Shown one piece after another: positions 56,416-64,000 of a stretch of 64,000 nt of DNA. The DNA is from Candidatus Latescibacterota bacterium (GTDB taxonomy: Bacteria; Latescibacterota; UBA2968; UBA8231). Below the pieces are notes generated by a model that saw only the letters and a program-made list of their open reading frames with translations, was not told where the DNA came from and made no database searches. Within the stretch, counting starts at the first letter, position 1. Every line of letters starts with the position of its first letter. The DNA is taken from positions 1,152,001 to 1,216,000 of the forward strand of contig OZ252098.1 of NCBI GenBank assembly GCA_965248355.1. The letters run 5' to 3'. The position numbers were made by a program, and so were the translations under genes.

Positions 56416-56742
56416 TCAACTGTCTTCCGACTTGGAGGAGGCCGGCTTCCTGGCCGAGTCGCCTTTGCCGCCCTCGCCCGACTTGGAGGACGCAGGCTTC
56501 GAGTCGGGCGTGTCGGCCTTGGCCGCCTTCTTGTAGTTGTCGCTCCGGTAGTCGGTGATGTAGAACCCGGAGCCCTTGAACAGCAGGCCCCCACCGGTCC
56601 CGATCAGCCGGCGCACCCGGCCCCGGCCCGAGCCCTCCGGGCATTCGCTCCGGGGACATCTCTCCAGCGGCTCGGCGGTGATTCTCTGGAGCGCCTCGAA
56701 CTGGTGTCCGCACGTCTTGCATTCATATTCGTAGGTCGGCAT
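56416..56742 (-). CDS. FmdB-family zinc ribbon protein
   Basis: MPTYEYECKTCGHQFE, CP, FKGSGFYITDY, low-complexity S/K tail. Confidence 0.92.
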   Translation of the reverse strand: MPTYEYECKTCGHQFEALQRITAEPLERCPRSECPEGSGRGRVRRLIGTGGGLLFKGSGFYITDYRSDNYKKAAKADTPDSKPASSKSGEGGKGDSARKPASSKSEDS

Positions 56743-56782
56743 GTGACATCTTCCCGGTGCTGCGCGGCCGAGGGAAACTAGA

Positions 56783-56811
56783 ATACTACGCAGGTATGTT
56801 GGAATGGGCAA
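56783..56811 (-). promoter_or_regulatory. Putative sigma70 promoter upstream of the fmdB-like gene / MoxR-Bat cluster
   Basis: Minus strand TTGCCC-17 nt-TAGTAT in an AT-richer gap. Confidence 0.5.
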
Positions 56812-56839
56812 CGCCTGCACCCGCCCTGCGGACCCGTCC

Positions 56840-58942
56840 CTACCCTCCGCCGGGGAGGCCCGCCTCGGCCGGCAGGTCATCGGTCTCCTCGAGCACCAAG
56901 ACCGGCAGATCCTCCCTCTTCAGGGGCCGGACTCGACCCCGGCCGTCGATCCTCAGAAGGGTCAGCTCGGAATTCACGCGGCGAGAGGGGCCAAAACTCA
57001 CCCGTCCGGAGGCTCCTTCGTAGTGGCGCAGATCGGCGAGGTATCGCCGCAGGCCGGTGCGGCTGTGGTGGCCGGCCCGCCAGCCCTCCATGACGAGGCG
57101 CGCGGCATCGTATCCCGCGCTGGCGTAGCCCGGATCCCGCCCGGTCCGCGAGCGGAAGGCGTCGACGAAGTTCCGCTCGTGCTCCGATCCCTGGCGCCGG
57201 GAGACGAAGATGCAACCCTTCACGTGCTGGCGCTCCGTGGACGGCAATTCCGAGATCGCCTCGGGATCGTACCACCTATCGTTGCCGAGCAACTGCGTCT
57301 GGATTCGGTGGAAGCGCAACTGCGGTGCGATGGTGCGGGCGTCTTCGAAGAGCTCGATGATCACGGCCGCGCCGTCGATGGACTCGATGAAGATCTCCGC
57401 CGAGTCCGGTGGTTCCTCGACGGGAACCACCGCCTGATCGACGAGTTCCCGGAAGGTCGATTCGCCCTCCAGGCTCGTGTCCAGAAGGGCCCCCTCGAGG
57501 GAGTCGAGCAGCTCGGGGCGGATCCTCTCCGGGAGCTCGAGGGAGAAACCGATCTGACGCAACTCCTGGAACTGCGCCTGAAAGTCCTTCTGCTCCCCGG
57601 GATAGTACCATTCGCTGTGGACGATCCGTCCGCCGTTGGCCACGGCGGCCGCGGTGAAGGCCTTCTCGAAGGCGTGCCCGTCGTCGCTGAGCGGCGAGAG
57701 GATGGCGAGGGTGTGCAGGCCGAGCACGAGGGTGGCGTACTCGGCCAGGGCCTGGCCTTGAACCTCGGGAATCGGGTTCAGCTGGAAAATGTGTCGCCCC
57801 AGGGTATCCAGACCGCTCTGCTGGGCCAGTGGGGCGATGAGCGGCACTCCCGCCGCTTCGGCCACGGCGGCGGCGGCGGCGCAGGAGGGGGAGAACACGG
57901 GACCGACGATCGCTTGCACATCCGCCTCCCCGGCCAGGAAGCGGGCACCGGAGACGACGCGAACGAGCCGGTCGCCGTCGCTCTGGTAGATGGGCACCTC
58001 CTCTTCCTCGAAGTCCTCGTACTCCGCGCCGGTGTCGACGACGACGATGTCGAAGGGCTTTCCGAGCTCGTCGTTGGCCAACTCGACACCCTCGAGCAGA
58101 TCGACCCCGATGGCCCCCTCGCGGCCGGAGAAGGGCGCGAGCACCCCGAGCCGCGGCACTCCCCGACGACGGGCCGGCTTGCCGGCTGCCGGCTCACGCG
58201 GAGGCCGGTCAGGCGCTCCTCCCTCCAGCGCGGAGCGCGCGAGACGGTGGAACATCCCTGTCTCACCCGCGCTGTCGATGTACGCCGACAGCCGGCTGCG
58301 GGCGAGCTCGACCCAGCCGAGCCGTCCGTACCAGCGCGCCTCGCCATAGAGCAGGGCATGGCGCATTCCCCGGGACCCCAGGCGGCGGATGCGGTCCTGC
58401 ATCTCCGTATCGAGCGACCGGTTCCTCACCATTCCGGCCAGACGCTCGGCGGCGCTGGCCTGGAGCGCCACCGGGCCCGACCCTTCGAGAAGCCGGGCGT
58501 ACTCGAGGGCGGCCTCGTCGTGGCGGCCCAGCACGTAGTACCCGTCGCCCGCGACCATCCGGGCATCGCCGGCATAGCGCCCGCCCGGGGACTCCCGAAG
58601 GAGGCGCCGAGCCGCCCGCACCGCACCCGCGGCGTCGTCCAGACGCAACCGGCTGCGGCCGAGCATCAGCAGCGCCGCCATCGAGCGATGATTGGCCGGC
58701 AACTCGGTGACGGCGGCAAAGCGCTCGCTCGCCGCCCGCCAGTGACCCTCTTCGCAGGCAGCAAGGCCCTGCGAGAACAGGCGCTCCGCCGCGCGCGAGT
58801 AGCGTCCATCCTCGACGGCCTGGGAAGCATGGGGCCCGCTCAGGAGGGCCAGCGCGCACAGGGCGCTGACGAGCCGGGAGATGCCTTGTCCCCGCTGCGG
58901 GGCCCGGTTACATTCGCCGAGGGCTCGCGCCTCCATCCTCAC
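56840..58942 (-). CDS. TPR + type I periplasmic-binding domain protein (LpoA/LppC-like)
   Basis: Signal-like segment, TPR-like helices, RLGVLAPFSG, AIVGP, AGYDAARL, YEGASGRVSF. Start uncertain. Confidence 0.7.
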   Translation of the reverse strand: MRMEARALGECNRAPQRGQGISRLVSALCALALLSGPHASQAVEDGRYSRAAERLFSQGLAACEEGHWRAASERFAAVTELPANHRSMAALLMLGRSRLRLDDAAGAVRAARRLLRESPGGRYAGDARMVAGDGYYVLGRHDEAALEYARLLEGSGPVALQASAAERLAGMVRNRSLDTEMQDRIRRLGSRGMRHALLYGEARWYGRLGWVELARSRLSAYIDSAGETGMFHRLARSALEGGAPDRPPREPAAGKPARRRGVPRLGVLAPFSGREGAIGVDLLEGVELANDELGKPFDIVVVDTGAEYEDFEEEEVPIYQSDGDRLVRVVSGARFLAGEADVQAIVGPVFSPSCAAAAAVAEAAGVPLIAPLAQQSGLDTLGRHIFQLNPIPEVQGQALAEYATLVLGLHTLAILSPLSDDGHAFEKAFTAAAVANGGRIVHSEWYYPGEQKDFQAQFQELRQIGFSLELPERIRPELLDSLEGALLDTSLEGESTFRELVDQAVVPVEEPPDSAEIFIESIDGAAVIIELFEDARTIAPQLRFHRIQTQLLGNDRWYDPEAISELPSTERQHVKGCIFVSRRQGSEHERNFVDAFRSRTGRDPGYASAGYDAARLVMEGWRAGHHSRTGLRRYLADLRHYEGASGRVSFGPSRRVNSELTLLRIDGRGRVRPLKREDLPVLVLEETDDLPAEAGLPGGG

Positions 58943-58971
58943 GACGATCGACCTCCTTCGGCCATACCACG

Positions 58972-60492
58972 ATGATTCACCTCGAGAGACCGGGGCTCGA
59001 CCCGGAGCAGGTCCGCAGAATCCTCGCCGAGCAGAGCCGGGGCGAAGGGCAGCCCACGGAATCCGCGGGCTCCGAGACCGTGGGCACCGGCGCCGGCACG
59101 GAATCCGACCCCCCCCAAGGCCGCCGGCTGGAGTTCCATCTCAAGCCCCGGGAGTTGATTGCCCACCTCGACAGCTACGTCGTCGGTCAGCCCCGGGCCA
59201 AGGCGATTCTCGCCACCAAGATCTGCACCCATTTCAACCGCTTGAGCCTGCCCCCCGACGATAACGAGGAGGTGGTGGGCCAGATCAAGAACAACGTCCT
59301 CATGGTCGGTCCCACGGGGGTGGGCAAGACCTACCTCATCCGCCTCATCGCCCGCCGCCTCGGCGTCCCCTTCGTCAAGGCGGACGCCACCAAGTTCAGC
59401 GAGACCGGGTACGTGGGAGGGGACGTGGAGGACCTGGTCCGCGAGCTGGTGACCGAAGCCGACGGCGACATCGAGCTGGCCCAGAACGGCATCATCTACA
59501 TCGACGAGATCGACAAGATCGCCGCCAGCGGCCGCACCAGCGGCCCCGATGTCTCGCGCACCGGTGTCCAGCGCAACCTCCTCAAGCTGATGGAGGAAAC
59601 CGAGGTCGATCTGCGCTCGCCTCACGATCTGCCGTCGCAGATGGAGTCGGTGATGCAGATGCAACGCACCGGCAAGGTGGAACGCAAGAAGGTGAACACC
59701 CGCCACATCCTGTTCGTCGTGAGCGGCGCCTTTGCCGGTCTCGAGGAGATCATCCGCCGCCGGCTCAACCGGGGGGCCATGGGTTTCCGGTTGTCGAGCC
59801 GGGAGAGCCCCAGGGCGGCCATCGACGATTCGGCCCTGCTGGGGGAGGTTCGGGCCGAGGATCTGCTCGAGTTCGGTTTCGAGTCCGAGTTCATCGGCCG
59901 GCTCCCCGTGGTGGCCGTCCTCGCGGAGCTGTCCCGGACCGACCTCCTCGAGATCCTGCGCAGCCCCATGAGCAGCGTCGTCCTCTCCAAGATACGGGAC
60001 TTCCTCGCCTACGGCATCGAGCTGCAGATCTCCGACGAGGCGCTCCAGCTCCTGGCCGACCGCGCCTTCGAGGAGCGGATCGGCGCCAGGGGCCTGGTGA
60101 GCGCGGTGGAAAAGGTCCTTCTGGACTTCGAGTGCCGGCTCCCCTCTCTCGATGTCGACGCCTTCCACGTGACCTCCGAGGTCGTCGAGGATCCGGCCGG
60201 GGCTCTGGAGCGCCTGGTGGCCGAGCATTCGATCGAGGCCTTCCGGTCCGGTTTCGAGAAGGACCACGGGATCCGCTTCGAGTTCACCACCCGGGCCCTG
60301 TCCTGCCTGCGCGACCGGGCGGCCTCGGAGGGCCGCCTGCCGGGAGAGATCTGCACCGACCTGTTCTCCGACTACGGTCACGGTCTGAAGCTTCTGGAGC
60401 TCGACCGGTTCGAGATCACGCCCCAGGTCCTCGCCGATCCGCAGAAGGCCCTCGATGGAATGATCCGCAAGCTATACGGCGGCACGGGTTAG
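58972..60492 (+). CDS. ClpX-like AAA+ ATPase lacking the N-terminal zinc-binding domain
   Basis: YVVGQ, GPTGVGKT, DATKFSETGYVG, IYIDEIDK, EFIGRLP, IGARGL; no CxxC motifs; ~100 aa C-terminal extension. Confidence 0.85.
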   Translation: MIHLERPGLDPEQVRRILAEQSRGEGQPTESAGSETVGTGAGTESDPPQGRRLEFHLKPRELIAHLDSYVVGQPRAKAILATKICTHFNRLSLPPDDNEEVVGQIKNNVLMVGPTGVGKTYLIRLIARRLGVPFVKADATKFSETGYVGGDVEDLVRELVTEADGDIELAQNGIIYIDEIDKIAASGRTSGPDVSRTGVQRNLLKLMEETEVDLRSPHDLPSQMESVMQMQRTGKVERKKVNTRHILFVVSGAFAGLEEIIRRRLNRGAMGFRLSSRESPRAAIDDSALLGEVRAEDLLEFGFESEFIGRLPVVAVLAELSRTDLLEILRSPMSSVVLSKIRDFLAYGIELQISDEALQLLADRAFEERIGARGLVSAVEKVLLDFECRLPSLDVDAFHVTSEVVEDPAGALERLVAEHSIEAFRSGFEKDHGIRFEFTTRALSCLRDRAASEGRLPGEICTDLFSDYGHGLKLLELDRFEITPQVLADPQKALDGMIRKLYGGTG

Positions 60493-60495
60493 TCC

Positions 60496-61881
60496 TCACC
60501 GTCGGAGTCCGTACTCCCTCTCCTTCCGGTAGAGGGTGCTCAGGCCGATCTCGAGCACCTTCGCCGCCTTGCGTCGATCGTAGTCGACGGCCTTCAGGGT
60601 CTGCTCGATGGCGAGCCTCTCGACCTGCTTCATCGTCATTCCCGGCCGCAGGCCTCCCTCGTCGCCCCCACCCGGGACACCGCGTATGTGAGCCGGCACG
60701 TCGGAGGTGGTCAGCTCCCGGCCGGGCGCCGACATGACCACCATTCCCTCCATGCAGTTCTTCAACTCGCGGACGTTTCCGGGCCAGCCATAGTCCATCA
60801 GGGCGTCCATGGCGGCCCCGTTCAGCGCGTGGATCTGGCGTCCGTTCTCCCGGGAGAACTGGCGCAGGAATTCGTTCACCAGGATGGGGATGTCCTCACG
60901 GCAGTCGCTCAGCCGGGGAATGCGGATGGTGACCACGTTGAGCCGGTAGTAGAGGTCCGCACGGTAGGTCCCCTCCTCGACCATGGCCTCGAGATTCCGG
61001 TTCGTGGCCGCGATGAGGCGAACATCGGCGCGCAGGGTGGCGGTGCCTCCCACCCGTTCGAACTCGCCGCTCTGAGTGACGCGCAGGAGCTTGACCTGGG
61101 TCGCCGGGGAGAGATCCCCCACCTCGTCGAGGAAGAGGGTTCCCATGTCGGCCAGCTCGAACCGACCCTTGCGCGAGGTGCTGGCGCCGGTGAAGGCTCC
61201 GCGTTCGTGTCCGAAGAGCTCGCTCTCGACGATGCTCTCGGGCAGGGCGCCGCAGTTGGTCTCCACGAAGGGGCGGTCCCGGCGAGGGCTCTGCTGGTGG
61301 ACAGCCTTGGCCACCTCTCCTTTGCCCGTGCCGGTCTCGCCCACCAGCAGGACGGTGGCCCGGGACCTGGCCACCTGCTCGATCTGGGCGTAGATGCGCT
61401 GCCAAAGGGAGGACCGGCGGGCGATCCCACCGTAGCGATAGCGTTCGTCCAGGCGGCGCTGGAGATCCGAGACTTCTCCCACCAACCGCTGGTAGGAGAG
61501 GCCCCGATCGAGAACGGCCCTCACCTTGCTCAGATTCAGGGGACGGACCTGGAAGTCGTAGGCTCCCTGGCGCATGGCTTCGGTCCCCAGCTCGATCTGG
61601 TCCGAACCCGTGGACACGATGGCGCAGATCTCCGGGTTCCGTTCCCGGGCCAGCCGCACCAGCCGCAGGCCGTCGATGCGGCTGTCGGCGAGTGGGCAGA
61701 TGAGGGCGTCCACCGGTTCGGAATCGAGGATGTCGTAGGCCGCCGCCCCCTCGCGGGTGGGCAGCACCTCGAAGCCCTCCCGGCGCAAGTAGGAGACCAG
61801 TTGGTGCGTGGCCTCCTCTTCCGGCGCCACGACCAGGATCCGCGGGGAGGCGTCTTTCTCCGGAGGTCTGGCGACGCTCAC
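60496..61881 (-). CDS. Sigma-54-dependent enhancer-binding protein (NtrC-like) with a degenerate receiver
   Basis: GETGTGK, ESELFGHERGAFTGA, LFLDEV, WPGNVREL, Fis HTH; N-terminal REC fold lacks the phospho-Asp. Confidence 0.92.
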   Translation of the reverse strand: MSVARPPEKDASPRILVVAPEEEATHQLVSYLRREGFEVLPTREGAAAYDILDSEPVDALICPLADSRIDGLRLVRLARERNPEICAIVSTGSDQIELGTEAMRQGAYDFQVRPLNLSKVRAVLDRGLSYQRLVGEVSDLQRRLDERYRYGGIARRSSLWQRIYAQIEQVARSRATVLLVGETGTGKGEVAKAVHQQSPRRDRPFVETNCGALPESIVESELFGHERGAFTGASTSRKGRFELADMGTLFLDEVGDLSPATQVKLLRVTQSGEFERVGGTATLRADVRLIAATNRNLEAMVEEGTYRADLYYRLNVVTIRIPRLSDCREDIPILVNEFLRQFSRENGRQIHALNGAAMDALMDYGWPGNVRELKNCMEGMVVMSAPGRELTTSDVPAHIRGVPGGGDEGGLRPGMTMKQVERLAIEQTLKAVDYDRRKAAKVLEIGLSTLYRKEREYGLRR

Positions 61882-61901
61882 GCTCGAGGCTCCCTTCCGT
61901 G

Positions 61902-63290
61902 TCAATCGGGACGGAGGCCCGTCCAGCGAGAGGAACGCAGGAGACGAACCACCACCTCGCAATGGGGGGTGTGGGGGAAGAGGTCCACCGGCCTGGCCCG
62001 CTCCAGGTCGTAACCGGCGGCGCACAAGGCCGAAAGGTCCTCGGCCAGGCTCTCCGCATTGCAGGAGATGTAGAGGATCGTGGGGGCGCCCAGGCAGACC
62101 ATCCCCTCGATGACCTTCCGGTGCAGCCCGGCCCTGGGTGGATCGGCGATGACGGCCTCGAAGCGCTCCGTCCTCTCCTCGCAGAGATCGGCCAGGGCCT
62201 CCTCGGCCGGGCCCGCGATGAAGGCGCAGTTGTGGATCCCGTTGCGCTCCGCGTTCCGGCGGGCGTCGGTCACCGCCTCGCGTACCTGCTCGACGCCGAC
62301 GACGGCTCGCGCCCTGGAGGCCACGTGAAGGCTGATGCCGCCGGTCCCGGCATAGAGATCCAGCACGTCCCCATCGAACCCGGGGCCGAGGAACTCCCGC
62401 ACGATCTCGTAGAGCCGTCCCGCCCCCCGCGTGTTGGTCTGGAAGAAGGACTGGGGGGAGATCTCGAACTCGAGGTCACCGCAGCGCTCGGTGATGCGCC
62501 CGGCGCCCTTGATCAGGAAGCTCTCCTCCCCGGCGGCGACCTGGGCCTTGCCGCCGTGGCGGGTGACGACGCAGGTGGTGATGCCCTCCCCGACCTGGCC
62601 CAGCACGCCCGCCAGCATTCGGTCGACGCCATCGTGCGGGTACTCGCGGACGACGAGGTTGACCATGGTCTGACCCGTGTCCTTTCCCTCCCGGACCACC
62701 AGGAAGCGCAGCAGACCCTCGTGGCTCTTGAGGTCGTAGGCCGGCAGGGCCAGCCGGGTGGCGTGGGTGCGGAAGGCGTCCACGATCCTGTTGGAAGCCT
62801 CGGACTGGAGGTGGCAGGCCTCCAGGTCGAAAATCCGGTTGAACCGTTCGCGCACGTGCAGTCCCAGCCACGGGTGCCCTTGGCGGTCGCTCCCGAAGGA
62901 GAACTCCATCTTGTTGCGATAGTAGAACGGATCCGGGCTGGGGGCGATCGTCTGCCAGCGTCCGACCCGGATCTCGCGGCGCTCGAAGGACTGGCGGACC
63001 ATCTGCTCCTTGAGCCGCAGTTGGTCCTCGTACCCGAGATCCTGCCACCGGCACCCACCGCACAGTCCGAAGTGCGTACAGGGCGGGTCGACGCGCGCCA
63101 CTCCCTCTTCGATCAGATCGTCGACGACGCCCTCGAAGCGCCCCTTGCGCTTGCGCCTGAGGTAGACCTCCACCCGGTCCCCCGGGACGCTGCGCGGGAC
63201 GAGCACCTCCCGGCCGTCCTGAATCGCCAGGCCGTCGCCCCTCGGGGTGAGGGCCTCGATGTCGACGATGACACGTTCCCCTCGTTTCAT
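61902..63290 (-). CDS. rlmD: 23S rRNA m5U1939 methyltransferase
   Basis: TRAM domain, C.HFGLCGGC.WQ, YRNKMEF, SFFQTN, DLYAGTG, DPPRAG, YISCN, DLFPHTPHCE. Confidence 0.94.
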   Translation of the reverse strand: MKRGERVIVDIEALTPRGDGLAIQDGREVLVPRSVPGDRVEVYLRRKRKGRFEGVVDDLIEEGVARVDPPCTHFGLCGGCRWQDLGYEDQLRLKEQMVRQSFERREIRVGRWQTIAPSPDPFYYRNKMEFSFGSDRQGHPWLGLHVRERFNRIFDLEACHLQSEASNRIVDAFRTHATRLALPAYDLKSHEGLLRFLVVREGKDTGQTMVNLVVREYPHDGVDRMLAGVLGQVGEGITTCVVTRHGGKAQVAAGEESFLIKGAGRITERCGDLEFEISPQSFFQTNTRGAGRLYEIVREFLGPGFDGDVLDLYAGTGGISLHVASRARAVVGVEQVREAVTDARRNAERNGIHNCAFIAGPAEEALADLCEERTERFEAVIADPPRAGLHRKVIEGMVCLGAPTILYISCNAESLAEDLSALCAAGYDLERARPVDLFPHTPHCEVVVRLLRSSRWTGLRPD

Positions 63291-63323
63291 CCCTCCTCGA
63301 CGGCGGCGCGACGTGGCGTTGAC

Positions 63324-63366
63324 AAAACGACGGGCGAGGTGGGAGCCTTCCCACCTCGCCCGTCGT
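63324..63366 (-). terminator. Rho-independent terminator after rpoA-rplQ
   Basis: Perfect 18-bp inverted repeat ACGACGGGCGAGGTGGGA-gcct-TCCCACCTCGCCCGTCGT, followed by a T-run on the minus strand. Confidence 0.8.
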
Positions 63367-63401
63367 CATTCCCAGTTGTCCGAGGGCGGCCGCCCAGGTG
63401 G

Positions 63402-63815
63402 TCAGCCTTCCTTCCCGTCGGGCTCCTCGGCCTCGGCCGCCGCAGGAGCCGCGACACCGGGTCGGTCGAGAAGCTCGACGATGCACATCTCGGCGCCATC
63501 CCCGCGGCGGCTGCCGGTCTTGACGAGGCGGGTATATCCTCCGTGCCGCTCCGCGTAACGCGGAGCGATCTCGTCGAAGAGTTTGGCCACGATGGACTTG
63601 TCCGGAATCTGACGCAGCACCTGGCGGCGGGCATGGAGGTCGCCGCGTTTGGCAAAGGTGATCATGTGCTCCGCCGCCCGCCGCAGAACCCGTCCGCGGG
63701 CGTCGGTGGTGCTCACCTGTTCGTGAGCGAACAGACTGCTCACCATGTTGGCGATCATCGCCTTCCGGTGGCTCGCCTGCCGCCCGAGCTTGGGTGTTCG
63801 CCGGCGGTGTCGCAT
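63402..63815 (-). CDS. rplQ: 50S ribosomal protein L17
   Basis: MRH....KLGR..SHRKAM, LHARRQV, KLF.EIAPRY.ER.GGYTR. Confidence 0.97.
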   Translation of the reverse strand: MRHRRRTPKLGRQASHRKAMIANMVSSLFAHEQVSTTDARGRVLRRAAEHMITFAKRGDLHARRQVLRQIPDKSIVAKLFDEIAPRYAERHGGYTRLVKTGSRRGDGAEMCIVELLDRPGVAAPAAAEAEEPDGKEG

Positions 63816-63820
63816 CTCTC

Positions 63821-64000
63821 CTAGTATTCCTCGGCCAGGGAGGCCGGCTCCTCCTCGATCTCCACGTCCTCGTACTTGCTCACGTCCAGGCCCCAGGTAA
63901 GGTCCAAGGAGACGAGGATCTCTCCGAGCTCGTTCAGGGACTTGCGCCCGAAGTTCCGGAACTTGAGCATCTCCGCCTCGCTCTTGGATACCAACTCCTT
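63821..64000 (-). CDS. rpoA: RNA polymerase alpha subunit, C-terminal end (5'-truncated by window edge)
   Basis: Not in the ORF track. Manual translation KELVSKSEAEMLKFRNFGRKSLNELGEIL...EEY*, immediately upstream of rplQ. Confidence 0.95.
   Translation of the reverse strand, partial: KELVSKSEAEMLKFRNFGRKSLNELGEILVSLDLTWGLDVSKYEDVEIEEEPASLAEEY

Noticed and set aside
85..63824. Many long ORFs in the track (e.g. 85-2127+, 9244-13167+, 27767-30952-, 39115-41964+, 48801-52160+, 61899-63824+)
   Set aside because: They are antisense or off-frame shadows of clearly recognisable genes. Stop codons are rare at this GC content, and the products are R/G/P/A-rich without family motifs.
1..64000. tRNA, rRNA, tmRNA or CRISPR arrays
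   Set aside because: Intergenic gaps are short, and none showed a cloverleaf/T-loop signature or repeat-spacer periodicity by eye; tRNAscan/Infernal were not run.

Overview
A very GC-rich (roughly 70% by eye) bacterial chromosomal segment that is densely coding, with about 53 real genes; most other long ORFs in the track are GC shadow ORFs. The gene content (Omp85 fusion, Bat/MoxR locus, GldAFG-like ABC system, sigma-54 activator, LpoA-like protein) indicates a diderm, plausibly Latescibacterota, Gemmatimonadota or another FCB-like lineage; this is inference, not tested. Housekeeping genes: glcF/glcD, pepA, dcd, M32 carboxypeptidase, dnaB, family-4 UDG, coaBC, yicC, dapF, polX, metH, 1-Cys peroxiredoxin, ssb, recG, rlmD, rplQ and the end of rpoA. 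No rRNA, tRNA, CRISPR array, transposase or integrase was recognised. Most notable features: (1) a stand-alone MurG-HEAT-repeat fusion plus a divergent MraY, with its own promoter and outside any dcw cluster; (2) a ~15 kb minus-strand cluster that splices a GldAFG-type ABC transporter (with an internally duplicated GldG) and DUF4340 into a MoxR-DUF58-BatA-E locus; (3) a POTRA-less metallopeptidase/beta-propeller/Omp85 fusion followed by a BamB-like propeller; (4) an archaeal-type CMP kinase in the usual gmk slot of yicC-gmk-coaBC; (5) a SahR-like operator at the metH promoter; (6) a small HTH-ssb operon with a near-consensus promoter; (7) twin CCATGG-N14-TCAAGTCG motifs in AT-shifted codon patches; (8) a sigma-54 activator with a pseudo-receiver domain; (9) a lower-GC frameshifted GT-C/TPR gene next to a dipeptidase remnant.
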